Source of the DNA: the human T2T-CHM13v2.0 reference genome, Homo sapiens
Assembly: GCF_009914755.1 (NCBI RefSeq)
Contig: NC_060931.1
Reading direction: 5' to 3' (one strand)
DNA length: 64,000 bases
The first letter of the stretch is position 1. Each line of letters opens with the position of its first letter. The notes beneath the pieces are model-generated. The model ran no database searches. It saw nothing but the letters and a program-made list of their open reading frames with translations, and was not told the origin of the DNA. Of the stretch, positions 16,144-30,466 are shown piece by piece. The position numbers were made by a program, and so were the translations under genes.

Positions 16144-16500
16144 TGTACAGCAGGTTCTTCAGCCGTGCCCAGGAGGCCTGGGGCTCCGTGGTCTATCTCT
16201 GAGCTGGGTTCTAGACCTCCCACCCCACTTCCACCACTGCAACTTCTGTTTTACATGTTGGAAAGGGGCTTCTTATAATATGCCACTTAAAGAAAAAGAC
16301 TGAATTTTTTTAAAATAAAAAATATACTGGCCTATGTCATTAAAATGAAATATATCCCAATAAAGTTGTAAAGCAAAAAGCAAACTCTTTCAAATCTTAT
16401 TTACTGCAAAACATTTTAGAAACTTTCCTCAATTGCCACCGATTTTCCAAAGCAGACCTGTGAAAGCCAGCAATGAAAAATTTAAGGTTATTACTCATAC

Positions 16501-16571
16501 CTGGCTCTTTTGGAAGAAGGCTGGACATTAGCTACTTCATTCTGTTTCAGTTTGGGAGGTAGTCTTATACT
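16501..16571 (-). CDS. PAXIP1: PAXIP1 exon 14 (71 nt, SIRLPPKL...SKRAR)
   Basis: Acceptor TTGCAG, donor CAG|GTATGA. Confidence 0.93.
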
Positions 16572-16962
16572 CTGCAATTAAAATATTGTCGACTTTAATT
16601 CAATCAATCTACTAAGTAATACAGTAGCTTCCAGAAGATTTATGTGTCAAATAATCAAACTACTTAAACATATACAAGAATCATGTTCTTCTTCACCACA
16701 TCAGAACTAGTCTTCACCTCAAAAGATCACTAGGACAATGCAAGTGGGGAGAAGCAGCTAATATTCCGGAGAGAACCTCTGTATCGTTTTTTTGTTCTTT
16801 TCTTTCCCTCTTTATTCACAAAATCCTTTCAGTACTTTAAATTATCTTTGTTGCTTTTTTTCCTCCATGTTATATATATGCAGCCCTCAACCTTGAACTT
16901 CTCAAAATGGTTTTTATTTCAAATATTTTGTCCTGTGTCCCAATTTAGAATGTGGAAAACAT

Positions 16963-17270
<308 letters not shown>

Positions 17271-19166
17271 GAATGTGGAAAACATGATTGAAATTACACC
17301 TCCACCCTAAAAGACTATTCCTAAAAGAGAAATTTCACCTATGAGATTTCACAAAAGATGTTACATGACAATCAGATCAACACTGCTACCAACAGCCAGA
17401 CAAGGTACCAAAACCTACACTCTGCCTCAGCAACATGGTCACATCCACTAGGACCAGCTCCAGTCCCTGACCCTGGAGCAGAAGCCATGCCAAGCACAAA
17501 GAGAGCAGGAAGGAGATGGGATTCCCTTGTGGGGTCCCTACCACAGTCAGCATCTCCATTCTACCCTATTCCTTGTTGACTCCTCCTTCATAGTTTCAAC
17601 TCAGAGGTTCTTTGACTTGTGTGGGCCAACCATGTCTTTCCCAGGTGTTTTATTACTTGAAGGAATTGCTCTCAATCTTATTAATTTACTTCAACTACAA
17701 CTTATTTTTTCTAAATATTGCTGCCATATCTAGACAACCAAAATAAATATATCTACAGAAAGCATTCAAAATCTATTAGCCCTGTCATACATAGAGAATC
17801 AAGCTTTATAATAATTTGCAGGAAAGTTTATTACTTTCCTATTATAGCCTTTATAAGAAAGCAATTTCTCAACTCTATTTCCAAAGATCGCATTTAAGTC
17901 TCCAAATTGTCATTCATTGGTACCAAGAATAGAAACAAATGGTGGGATAGGCAAAAAGGATAAACTGGGCCTCTTTGTCTCTAAGATTTTTAGCTTTTAA
18001 TTACTGATACAAAGCCACAAGAGAAGCTGACATTTGGGGCCCCTGACAACTTTAGAATATAGGCCATGTAGTTTGGGAGGAAAACTCTGATGACCACTTT
18101 CCCAGTGTGAGCTTAAAAGCCACCATAAAATTCCTTTCAGCTAAAAGAACTGTGAGAATATTTGCTTTTGCTGATGTGTCAAAACTGGTCATGTCTTTAA
18201 AATTAAAATCATAACTACTAGTTTAAGCTAGGAAAACAATACATCTATGATCACATTATCACTAGCAAGAAGAAAACAAGACTGTGGCTTGGAGGGGCTT
18301 CCTCAGAGACGTGGGATGATTATCAGCAGCTTCCAGATGAGATCTGGAAAACGAGTAAGTCAGTAGATGAATAACCAGAAACACAAGCTTGGGTGTTAGC
18401 TGCTAATCCTCATGAAACTATTCTCCTCAGCTAGTTGTTCAAGTGGCACAATCCCTAAATTACCTCTGTATACAATAGAAATGTGGTGAAAACTTGGTGG
18501 GCACATGACATGGAAATCTGTTTTTCAAAACAAAGGTTAGTATGTAACAACAAGAACATAAACCAAAGCCTTTAAATTACACTACTACTGGCCAACAGTA
18601 AAAAAAACTGCTGTTCTCAAAGTGCTGATGTTCAGTCGAACAGTGAGAAGTCACAGCAGACAAAGTCTAAACTGAAAAATTATTGAAGTGGTCCTGTCTG
18701 TAACTTAGTAAACGTGAATGTGGGGAAAAGAGAAAAAACAACTGATCTTCCACTCATCATGCTTGACAGATGAGAATGCAGAAAGCACCTCTTTGTCTTG
18801 TAACTAACAACCAATGGCCCTCACACTTCAAGAATGGCCTATCCTGAAAAGCAGAGACCTCCAGCCCTGTGATGTGACTCCCAACTCAGGACACTATGAA
18901 AACATTCCCCTCATCAAGAGACCCGGGACTCCTTAAGTTCTGATCTGTAGCCCCAAGTAGGTTACACACCCATTGCTTCCAGTGGTTCTTAAAGTTCTTG
19001 CCTTTCTAACCCTATGAAAAATCAGTCCTAGGATTTACTGGAGTAGATAATTCGTTATCATGTTGACAAGTTACTAAAATAATTTTTAATTTATGAAGAC
19101 AAATACATCCCTACTGCATCTTAATAATACAGTAATAGCCAAGGTAAGGTTATTAATTTGACATAC

Positions 19167-19210
19167 CATCAACAACTCTGCAGACACTTTTAAGGGAACT
19201 CTCCAAGCAT
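19167..19210 (-). CDS. PAXIP1: PAXIP1 exon 13 (44 nt, DAWRVPLKVSAELLM)
   Basis: Acceptor CTTTAG, donor ATG|GTATGT. Confidence 0.93.
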
Positions 19211-19814
19211 CTAAAGAGAGAAACACATTATTTTTTATGATAGATACGTTGTTTAAATAAAAAGGCCTTTTTATAAAAGTCTTCCCTGATAATCCTCACC
19301 AGACAGGTGGTTTAGCTGACAACACTTAATAAGGATAAATGTAAGTACTATAATGAAGTTTTAAAGAAAGCTTTCCAGGCAAGGTGAGGGCATGCTGCTG
19401 CTTTCGTTTCACATGCTGTCTGGATGAAGTAGCACTAAGACCATCGGCAGCAAACAACAAAGCAAACGTTGTGTCGAAACCCATGGCATTCACCCTCCCA
19501 CCGTGGGTTGTCTGGGTACACATTTCTAGGCCTGTGTCCAAGTCTGGGTTTCACATAGTCTGGCTTCTAGCAGGCACAAACCTTCTTGCCTTATCACAGG
19601 AGCCATGATGGCATCCAAGATGTAACAGCAAGTCAGTCAAAGCTCAATAGTGACAAAGAGGACAGACGTCAATTCTAGGAAAGCAGGGAATGTTCTGTAG
19701 GGTAGGGAGCAATTTGGACAAAAGATTAACTGGCCTGAGAGGCAAGACTATCAAAAAGCTTTCAAGCGCTCCTTCCATCTCTAAGAGTTCATCAAAAGCA
19801 AACAAAAATACTAA

Positions 19815-19982
19815 ACCATGGCACATGCCTGTAGTCCCAGCTACTTGGGAGGGTGAGGTAGGGAAATCACCCGAGCCCAGGAGATCGAGCTGCAGTGAGT
19901 CATGATCACACCACTGCATTCCAACCTGGGTGACAAAGCGAGACCCTGTCTCAAAACAAAAACAAAAACAAAAACAAAAACC
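19815..19982 (+). mobile_element. Alu right monomer (FRAM / AluJ fragment)
   Basis: Right-arm sequence with (CAAAAA)n tail. Confidence 0.8.
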
Positions 19983-20169
19983 AACCAACAAAAATCCTGG
20001 GCAGAGTGGGGAGAAAGAAGAAAGAGTATAGAAAAGAAATTGGAAATGAGTCAAAAACTAATTAGAAAGCTCAAGCCAGGCCTGGTAATTAGTATGAATA
20101 AAAAGATGGTAGAAGTAATGCTAATGATTTTATTTAAGTAAGATTTGCAGCATGTAGAATTTCACTTAC

Positions 20170-20354
20170 CTAAAAGATTTAAAACTAAATGCTGGGTAGG
20201 GGCAAATGGATCCTGCAGACTGAATGCCGTGTAGCGACTATACTGAATCTGCCTCAGTGCCTCAAAGTTTCCCAGAAGAATGTCGCCAAGCCACTGGGCG
20301 TTGACACAGGGTATCCTCCACTCTTTGGCTTTTTCATACTTTAAACCAGTTGGT
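20170..20354 (-). CDS. PAXIP1: PAXIP1 exon 12 (185 nt, [12 protein letters not shown]...LNLL)
   Basis: ORF 20162..20380; unusual A-rich acceptor AAATAAAAAG, donor TAG|GTAAGT. Confidence 0.94.
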
Positions 20355-20803
20355 CTTTTTATTTTTTGAGGAGAAAACATATTTATTAAATGTTAGAGAT
20401 GTCAACTGTCCAAATGTACATTTATTTCCAACAAAAGGCAATAAAAAATTTCTCATAATAGAAGTGGGAGGCATATCCTAGCAAAGTTGAGGGTGACCCT
20501 GAATGGTAATGAAATATACACCTCAAGGCTCACACAGAATTACAAAACCACTAAGGAGTCTTACTTCTACCCTATTCCTGTTTTGTTCATTCAAATTTCA
20601 TTAGTTCATCTAATTTCATTAATTCAAATGTTTTCTAGGTATTTCTACTAACATTACTATATCATTGTCATACTTTAACAGACTTTGATTTCCACAAATT
20701 TCTACCACAAAACTATGACATACTAAAAAAGGCACAATTATTGAAATAGCCACTATATTGTGTGTAAATTTATGATTAAAAACAGTTTCGAAAATTTGCT
20801 TAC

Positions 20804-20925
20804 TCTTTACAGATGAGGACTGTGTTGCTGCGGCATAGATAACCCGTATATTTGGCACCTGCCAAATAAGCCATTAATTTTAGGTCATCTCTGTCACTAT
20901 CAACAAATCCAGTCACAGAAATAAT
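20804..20925 (-). CDS. PAXIP1: PAXIP1 exon 11 (122 nt, IISVTGF...LICKE; BRCT4)
   Basis: Acceptor TTCTTAG, donor AGA|GTAAGC. Confidence 0.95.
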
Positions 20926-21597
20926 CTAAGAAAAAAAGAGAAAATAAGGTAAACACAAAATAAGCAAAAAACCAAAACCAAGTACTATTTCTTCTACTTC
21001 TTAGTTGATACATATTTTTTCACTATTTCTTTGGCATTATGGAACACATTTGGTAATATCATTCCTAAAACTTTCAAGACCAGAACTGTATTAATGGTCA
21101 AAAGGTTACACACATAGCCCTCACGGGGAGGAAGAAAAAGAATGAACATGAGATGCCTTGTTTATGTTACTGCAACACTGCTCAGACAATCCCAACAGTT
21201 ACGTTATAAAGCACGTAACCACGAGCCAGCTCCTCCTTCTCCTCACTGATCCCAACGCTGAGATCATTTGAGTGGGAAGACCCACAACTATTGATTAGTT
21301 AACCCAACAGGGGCCGCCTTTGGTGCAAGACATCTGATTTATTTTTGGATTTTAAATAGTGTCAAAGACTGGAGAATCCATTAAATATCTACTATGTGCA
21401 GAAAATTGTGACTGTTACACAGAACTAAAAGAAAACACACTATTTCTTATGAGCAGGCACTTATGAACTGGGCAAAAGTACATAGAGAAGCTCTGACTCA
21501 GAAGCCAACGCAGGAGCCTCAGGTAAGCACTAGCAAGTGATTATTCGCCAAAGTCGAAGGATGATTTAACAAATGGAACGCGAGGACTCTGTCTTAC

Positions 21598-21735
21598 ATG
21601 CTGTGAACATGGCTTTCCTCCTGGTGGGAAGGCCACTGGGAAGTGAAGGGCTCGGTGCGGCGGTACCATTTTCTTCTTCTTTAAGACTGTGTTTAACCAG
21701 TGTGCAGTAACACATCTCTTTCTTTCTCTTATTGC
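21598..21735 (-). CDS. PAXIP1: PAXIP1 exon 10 (138 nt, AIRERKR...PCSQH)
   Basis: Acceptor TGACAG, donor CAT|GTAAGA. Confidence 0.95.
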
Positions 21736-22323
21736 CTGTCAAACATAAAATTATAGGTTTGTTGTTTTTGTTTTTCTGCTGCAGGATTAAAGAAAATTCT
21801 AAGGTTGTATAACTACAATGCCCTTTTCATTGGAAGCCCCATAAAAGAATTTCATGACATCTAGCACTTGATTAAAGTAACGAATTAAAACCGTGTAGCT
21901 GGTTACTTGAAATACAACCTAAAAATGTTACTATCCATCTGCAAACAAGAGTCTACAAAAGCAACAAATTCTACAACAACCTTAAAAATAACTTCAGTGA
22001 TGACTGAAACAACATGTGTGACCACCAAAGTTAAAAGTGCCCCATAAGGACAGAGGGCCCCACATAAGAAAAAATACAAAAAACCATCCACCTAAGATGA
22101 ACCACAGGAAAACAAAAAAAAGTCTCAGAAGTATTTCCACATTTTTACAGGAAAAGCAGATCCTGTGAATGGCTATCCTCTTTAAGAGGGGTGTCTTGGA
22201 AGTCATTTGTCACATATATATATAATCTGTCTACAATAAGCATTATTTTTTGAAAAGAAATGAAACTTCAGAGAGCACAGGAAGGTAATATTGAGGAGAA
22301 AGCCTGCACCCCGGTAGTTTTAG

Positions 22324-22709
<386 letters not shown>

Positions 22710-22947
22710 TGTCCGCCCTTTCTTAACACCACCTGGGAACATCCCTTTCTTTCTCCATTGCTCAAAGACAATGGTGCCCACAAAAGATATCAATCCCACC
22801 AAAGATTCGATCACAGGAAGAAGGAATTTTCCTATCTTTAGAGGTAGAAAAAAGTTCTTTCCAAAAATAATAATCACTAGCATTTAAGATTGCATATTAA
22901 AAATGCCAGACCTTGCTCCTGGTCGCAGCTAAGGCTATTTTCCTTAC

Positions 22948-23043
22948 CTGTGCATACGCGCTGCTGACTTGACTCTCACAGAGAAGGTGCGTGCATCGAC
23001 TCGTGAAGGTGGGGTCAACAGTGCCGCCATGTGCCTGGATTAT
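22948..23043 (-). CDS. PAXIP1: PAXIP1 exon 9 (96 nt, IIQAHGG...AYAQ)
   Basis: Acceptor GTGTAG, donor CAG|GTAAGG. Confidence 0.95.
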
Positions 23044-23293
23044 CTACACACAAAGACCCGACCAATGCAGTCATCAATCACTCAGAATAGAGGAGAATTC
23101 CAATTTCAAATAAGGCAGCTATTAAAAGACTCTATCATATATTTATATCATGTATTTCCTCAAAGTATCAAGGACATGTAACAGTTCTATTTACGGACTT
23201 TTCTACCCAGCACCATACAATGAAAATGAACTCCAATACTCTAAATTTAATCTGAATTCCCAGGATACAAGAGAAGAACAATGGAATGCACTC

Positions 23294-23490
23294 CAGGGCT
23301 TCTCAAGCTCAATGTAACTGCCACTCTGGACCAGGGAGTTCTGGGAAGTGGGGGCTGTCCTGTACAGAGGAGGATGTTTGGCAGTGTCCCCAACTTCTAC
23401 CCACCCTATGCCAGCAGCAGCCCCCTAGCCGCGACTACTAAAGATCTTCAGATACTGCCAAAGGTCTATGGTGGGCAGATCCACCTCCCT
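23294..23490 (-). mobile_element. MER20-like hAT MITE
   Basis: gggggctgtcctgt...ggatgtttggcag...ctacccac motif. Confidence 0.65.
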
Positions 23491-24239
23491 TAAAAAGGGA
23501 AATAAAAAGCAAATCAGAATGAAATTAGTAAATCCCAACAGTTTCTTCTCAAAACACATCTGGTTTTCTGGGGGAAGGAATTGCTCTGTGTCCGGGCTGT
23601 GACAGCTGCACGACCCTGGACATTCTTCAGAACTCAAAATATTGTACATGGAAAAAGGAGAATCTGACGGCCTATTAGGTGAAATATAAACTTTAAAAAG
23701 ACCTGCCCCCTAAGAAAACCGATTCTTTCACTTACTACTTTTAAGATGTGAATGTTTATTTTTCCTATGGCTAAGCATAAATATAGTTTAATGAGGCACA
23801 GGACAAAACCACAGGTTCCTCACCCATCCCTGCTTTTCACTCCCCTGAAGCACATTTAGCACTTTAAGCTGTTTCCACTGACAATTATTAATATATTCCA
23901 ACTAACACTTTATATTAGTTCCTTTTCTCTAGTTTTACATAACCATCTACCTCCTACTGTGGACACCGTTCCCCCCAATAACACACACATTCTTCAAGCC
24001 TTCCTGATTTGGTTATATCCAGACTCTTGTTTAGATCATTCATCAGTGACTTAACACAATGTAGCCCAGCCACATGGCTTAATATGGCAGCCTAAGATTA
24101 GAGTTCCTTTCTGGTATAAACTTTGGTTTTCCCTGGTGCTAATCACTTCCTCATCCCAGCCCCCCAGAATTTTCCCTTTTCTTAGTTTTCTATATACCTT
24201 TTACTATTTCATTCCCAAACTCTATGAAAAATGTACATA

Positions 24240-24730
24240 TGGTGGTTCTATAATATGTCTGCAAATTACTGTATACTCCTCCCTCTAAGAGTTGGAGCTT
24301 TACTCCCCTAGCCTTAAATATGGTCTAGACTTAGTCACTTAATATGGTGGAATTGACAGTGGGAGTCTCCCATAACTCAGTCACAAAAGACACCATAACG
24401 CTGCGGGTTTTCCCTCTATCTTGGGTCACACCCCCTGGGGAAGGGAGCCAGCTGTCATGCTGTGAAGACACACAACCAGCCCTCTGGAGAGCCTCTGTGG
24501 TGAGGAGCTGAGGCCTCCAGCCCACAGCCATGTGACGGAACCATCCTGGAAGGGGCTCCTGCAGCCTCCGCTGGCATCCTGACTGCAACCTCAGGAGATA
24601 GCTGAGCCACAACCGCCCTGCCAAGCTGTTGCAGGATTTCTGACCCACGACCAAACTGAGAGGTAATGTTTATTGTTTTAAGCCACTGGGTTTTGAGATA
24701 ATCTGTTACACAGCAAGAGAAAATGAATGT
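24240..24730 (+). mobile_element. MLT1-type ERVL-MaLR solo LTR
   Basis: Typical 3' end gtttattgttttaagccact...tgttacacagcaa. Confidence 0.75.
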
Positions 24731-24739
24731 AGTATCACC

Positions 24740-25163
24740 TATACTTAAGCAACACAGGTGTGAACTGTGTGGGTCCACTGATAGCTGGATTTTCTTCCAC
24801 CTCTGCCACCCCTGAGGGAGTAAGACCAGCCCCTCCTGTCCCTCCTCCTCCTAGGCCCACTCATCGTGAAAACGACGAGGATGAAGACCTTTATGATGAT
24901 ATACTTCCCCTTAATGAATAGTACATATATTTTCTCTTCCTTATGATTTTCTTAATAACATTTTCTTTTCTTTAGCTTACTTTATTGTAAGAATATGGTA
25001 ATACATATACAAAATATGCGTTAATTGCCTGTTTATCAGTAAGGCTTCTGGTTAACACCAGGCTATTAGTAATTTGGGTTTTCGGGAATCAAAAGTGATG
25101 TACAGATCTCTGATTGCATGGGGGTGAGCACCCCTAGGCCCCACACTGTTCAGGGGTCAGCGG
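24740..25163 (+). mobile_element. Tigger2a (MER28)-like element
   Basis: cctctgccacccctgag...gacgaggatgaagacctttatgatga...gttcaggggtcag. Confidence 0.8.
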
Positions 25164-27092
25164 TACATGTCTCTCCTCAATCTACCAGTGTTTTCGTTTG
25201 CTTGCTCCTCCTGGAAGTCTCTCTTCCGGTCCCAGGTCTAGTTCTCTCGACACCTACTTTCTCATCTATTGGCGTTTCCCTTTACCTCCATCCTAGGAAC
25301 TCTCTTTCAATCTCTGAGTCAAATGCCTCATTTCCTGGCTACCATGTTTCACTCTCTGCTGGCATAGTGGCTTCCTAAGAAAGAATATAAGGGAGGTACA
25401 TTTTTTACCATTAGTCTACAAATATCCTCCTTCCATAGTCTTATGACTGATAGGCTCTATAGGTTATTTTAGGTTGGAAATTATTTTCCCTCAAAAATGG
25501 AAGAAGCTGCTCCATTGCTGGCCCCCGCGCACTGCACTGGAGGCTCCCGAAATCACCCAGACTCCTGATCTGTCCACGTTTCCCCTCCAGTGAGCTTGTC
25601 TTTGAGAGAAAACAGTTTTCTCTACCAGCATTGTGAATGTTCCCAGTTGCCTTATCATGGCTCTCCTTACATTTCTTTTCAACCTGAGGGCACATGGCCT
25701 TCAGTTGCAAAGCTATTTTCTTTCATAATGTTCTTGCCTTCATTTTCTCTGTTCCCAAGATCCTATTTAATGTTAGACCTCTTGGATAAATCTTTTAACT
25801 TGAAAACAAGACAAAAACCCCAAACTTTTCTCCACTAACTTTTGTATCTTTGAGTTTTGTTGTACTTCTCAAGACAGTTTCTCAGTGCTGCCTTCGAACA
25901 CTTCTGACTTTTAAAAAATCTCTGCTGCTGTCCTTCTCAGAACTGCTCCCTTCCTTCCTCACCCTGGCACATGCCATCCGCCTCTTTCCTCAGCCAGCCA
26001 CACAGTCATCTCCCTGGTCACCCTCAGATTCAACCCTTTACTATTTAAAATGCACAGCTGATCACTTCACCTGCATCTAAACTTCACCACATGGCACACC
26101 AACAAGGTCTTGGAAGACACACCAGCCCTGGCTCCTGCCCCAACCCCTGCCTCGTGGATCCCACTGAGGCACCCTCCTTTGCACCCTCCTGTCAGTTTCA
26201 CCAATCACATGCCTTTGGCTGTGCTGCACTATTTGGAAAATCCTCCCCCCTAATTCTCACTCCTACTCATCCTATAAGCAGTTCAGGAATCACCTCTCCC
26301 AGCAGACTTTTCTTAACACATCACCCCACAACACGATGGGTGAAGGTCCTTTCTCAGGCTCTCACAACAGCCTGCATTTGCCACCCCACCTCTGCTTAGC
26401 CGTGTGGCTGCCTCTCGCACTGCTCTTCCGTTTTCTCCGTCTCTGTGATTTCGCACATATTCCCTAAGTCTTGCAGCATGCTTGGCACATAGCAGGGATT
26501 TAAGCACTAGGGATGTTTATAGTGAAGCACATTCAAGATATATTAGAGGCATATTTAAACTCGGTTTTTATAAAAAAAATTTTTTGACTCAGTTTTGTTT
26601 TGGGGAATGCAAGAAAAAGTATTTCTTTTCTTTAAAGGCCACCATGCATGATAATACATAATTAAATTAACTCCAGTTTCACAATTGGGCTGGAAGAATT
26701 TGAGGTTCTAGAGATTCCAGGATTTTCTAACAGTTACCTTTGGAGAAAGAGAAATGACTGAGATGCATACAAATTAATAGTCCCTCTCCCAGGACACCAA
26801 AACCCTGAACTTATTTCCATTGCCCCAATTATACACATATAATTAGTGCCCCCTGGAATTTCCAAGCTGAAAAAAATAAAAAGTCCACCATCTTCATCTA
26901 ACAGCTGAGAAAACTGATGCCCAGAAAAGTGCTGTGCCTCAGGTCACACAGAATGTTAATCAAAATGCCCGTCACACATTCAGAACACGTGCAGGTGCAG
27001 CTCAGTGAATGCAGCTAAGTGAACACAGTTACATCTACATAAGAAAGAAGCATCTTCAGACACAGTCATCCTTCCTCCAGGCACAATCTCAC

Positions 27093-27187
27093 CCTTTTCC
27101 AGGTGGCCAGCAGTTGCTTATCAGACATCTGCTCTGGATAATCCGCAATTGCAAACACACATCCCAATAAGAAGCCTTCTTCTGGAA
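27093..27187 (-). CDS. PAXIP1: PAXIP1 exon 8 (95 nt, [12 protein letters not shown]...TWKR; BRCT3)
   Basis: Acceptor CTCTAG, donor AGG|GTGAGA. Confidence 0.94.
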
Positions 27188-27679
27188 CTAGAGTAAAATT
27201 ACATAAGAAAAAGAAAATTAAAACCCTATGAATATGCTTGCACAAAAGTTAAAAAGTGGCGCCTCACAATGTCAATCTGTTATGTTTATCAGTCTTGACC
27301 ATGACGTATCTGCCAGTAATCAGAGTGCATAGGGAATATTGCTACGAAGATACTATTTAACTGTCTACATCAAATGATCATTAAAAACTAAAACCAAGGT
27401 AACTCATGCCTGGCCATTAAATACCCTGAATGAGTCCCTGTGGCAGCCTAGATGTTCTACGGGACACCAATATTCACTTCAGGATATGATGTCCCAAAGT
27501 ACAAAAGAAAGCATAATTATCCCATGGTAACTATATTCTTTGTTAGGTATGAGACTCACACTCTCCATTTTGTAGTAATTGTTTTGATATGAATCCTCAC
27601 CCCACACTCAAACACTCTCAAAGCATTTATGTGGGTACAAGACTTTTAGGAGAGAGGAAAAATAATCTCCATTACTAAC

Positions 27680-28403
27680 TCTCCACTGCTGGATCATGTC
27701 CAAAAAGCTGATGCTGCTGAGGCGATGGTGGTGGCTGCTGTTGCTGCTGCTGCTGCGGGGGCTGCTGAGGTGGAACCTGATGCTGCAGCGCCTGTGACGT
27801 CTGACTCAAGTGTGGCGCTGTCTGACTTTGCATCTGCTGCTGCTGCTGCTGCTGGTGCATGCGCTGGAGCTGCTGCTGCTGAATCTGCTGTTGCTGCTGC
27901 TGCTGGAGCAGGCTGTGCTGCTGCTGGAGCTGGGCAAGCTGCTGCTGCTGGAGCTGGTGCTGCTGCAGCTGATGGAACTGCTGCTGCAGGGCATGCTGCT
28001 GCTGAAAGGGCTGGAGCTGCTGCTGAGGGCGATGCAGCTGCTGTGGAGGATGCAACTGTTGCTGTGGAAACTGTAGCTGTTGCTGTGAAAACTGATGCGG
28101 ATGGGCTTGCTGCTGCTGCTGCTGTTGCTGTGAAAATGGATGCGGCGGCTGCTGGGGGTAAGGTTGCTGAGAGATCTGCTGCTGCTGCTGCTGCTGGAGC
28201 TGCATTATCTGCTGGGGCTGAAGGTGTAAAACCGGGTGCTGCTGCTGCTGCTGCTGGGCCTGCTGCTGCTGCTGTAGCATGTGTGTCTCTGGAGTCACTT
28301 TCACTTGGCTAAACAGCACTGCATTGGCATTTGTATGTCCCTGCTGGCTGTGATTCACCTGCTGTTCTAAATTTTTCGTAGGTGCTGAAAGAGTCTGTAA
28401 GAT
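27680..28403 (-). CDS. PAXIP1: PAXIP1 exon 7 (724 nt; glutamine-rich region)
   Basis: ORF 27675..28358; acceptor TTTGTAG, donor GA|GTTAGT. Confidence 0.97.
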
Positions 28404-30466
28404 CTACAAAACAAAAGTTAGGTGAAACATTATCAACAGTTCCTGAAACAGATGAATGATAATTTCTTAGTCAAGAGAATGGCATATCCTATTTATTAAC
28501 AATATTCAACTAAGTAGACACAGCAAATGATTGGAAACTGCAAAAACAATACTGCATTTTCTTTTGTATTTATTTTGTAACGCCAATATCGTAAAGTAAA
28601 TTCATATATTGAGACCACCAAAATTTGAAACTACATCAGTAAAATGGAGTAAACTAACGAATTAAAGTGACAAAGACTCAGACGGCTGATGTGTTTGCCA
28701 GAGCAGGGCATGGGAGTCCTGTGCACACCTGGTAGCTAAGCCTTGGTGCTCCCTGCACCGTGCTGCGGCACCACTCCACTGCCCATCGCCTGCATCAGCT
28801 CCGCAGACCCTCTCCTGGCCCAGGAATGCACTGAGGAATGACAGGTGGTGAAGGCATCTGGTAATCGGGCTCAGCCTCACCTCAAACCTTCTCGCCACAG
28901 CTGCCACTTCCCATTTCCTCTTGTCTTACAGCCCAGAGTCTAGTAAACAAAGGTTCTCAGTGGATCACCTTCCAGATGAAAGCAGCATGACCCAAGCTGT
29001 GAGTCCAAGAGCCTTTCGCTCCACTGTCAACTTGCTATGTGCACTGGCATGCTATGGAAAAGGAGGCCAGCTAAGACACCACCGGGGCTGTTTAAATGGT
29101 GATGTTCCTCCCAACTAAGGACTCATCATTAGAGCTGGGAAATGATGCTTCCTCAAAAATGACTGAGTCTTCATGGGGGACACAAAAATATTTCAAGCTA
29201 GAAAAAAAGAATTCAAACCAGACTATTTGTCTTCTAGCTCTTTCTGCTTCACAATGACAGGGAATAAGCTGAGAGTTCTGTGTACGCTGAGGAGTAGGAG
29301 AAGGACGGTGACCAGCAGATGCCCACCAAGCAGAGTAAGTTATTTTTTTAATATCCTATAGGGCACTGAATACAACAAGAGATACACATTATACAATGAA
29401 TTTTGTTCAACATGCTCAAGCAACAAAAATTTGAAACCAACTTCTTATGGTCATGGAAATCAGTAAAAATAGATTTTACTTAACTCAATCCATACAACTT
29501 TTAACCCTATTAAAAGCATTTAAAATTTAAATAAAATTCTAGGAATTTAACACATATCAGAACTATACCAAAATCTCAAACATATTCTAACATGTATCTT
29601 TCACTTAAACAGATTCCAAATTGCAAAGATTATATGACCTGCAAGGGTAACAGATTTTGGATTTAGTAATAAATAAGGGAGTTTAGAATTGAAATAAGTC
29701 AAAATCAAGAGCTTGGGCACACCCATCTCTAAAATCACCTTATGTATGAGACATCTCTATAAAAGGATTCAAGACTTCAGAAACACCTGAGTGGAACTCT
29801 AAGCAGAAAAATGTCTTTTAAACAAAATAATAAGACAACTGTTTCATCTCCATATTTAAAAGTATTTTTAAAAATCCAGAAAAGAAGATGGGACAATTCA
29901 CCCCACAACATGCCACCCCATGGAGCCCAGCAGCATTTGGTGCTGTGCAAACACCCCCTAAGAAGCATGCACGTGTGGGGCACCTGCCTGCCTGGTGGGC
30001 ACCAGCCATGAGCCCTACACGGCAAACTGCTGGAAACAGCGGCTGCCTCTTGAGAAGGTAAACAGCAGCGAGGGGTGGGAGGGGGGCTGAGAGTTTAACT
30101 GTTCACTCTGTCCTTTGGTATCATTTGAATTTTTGAATTTTGTACACATATTACTTTTTCACCCTCATATGTAAACAGCCCATGGAACTCTGAGGGATGG
30201 TAAAGAAATAAATGCCCGTCTGCAGGTGGACAGGGCTGAACTAGTCATTACCAAATGCTGCTCCCCGCCTCTCTGTACCTGCCAAGCCCAGGTGGAAGGG
30301 AGCTCAGGAACAGGCACAGGACCTAGACAAACACAGCAGCAGACATCAGGACAGCACAGAGGCCAGAGGCTCCTATTTTTCAGATTGGCCAAGAGGACTC
30401 AGCAGGGTCTGCTGCCTGCAGAAAGTGCTCCATCTGATCTCAGAGGGCTGAGGGAGGCCTAGGTAG

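Noticed and set aside
27725-28312. 195-aa poly-Ala ORF on the + strand
   Set aside because: Antisense shadow of the CAG-rich exon 7; no independent gene signals.
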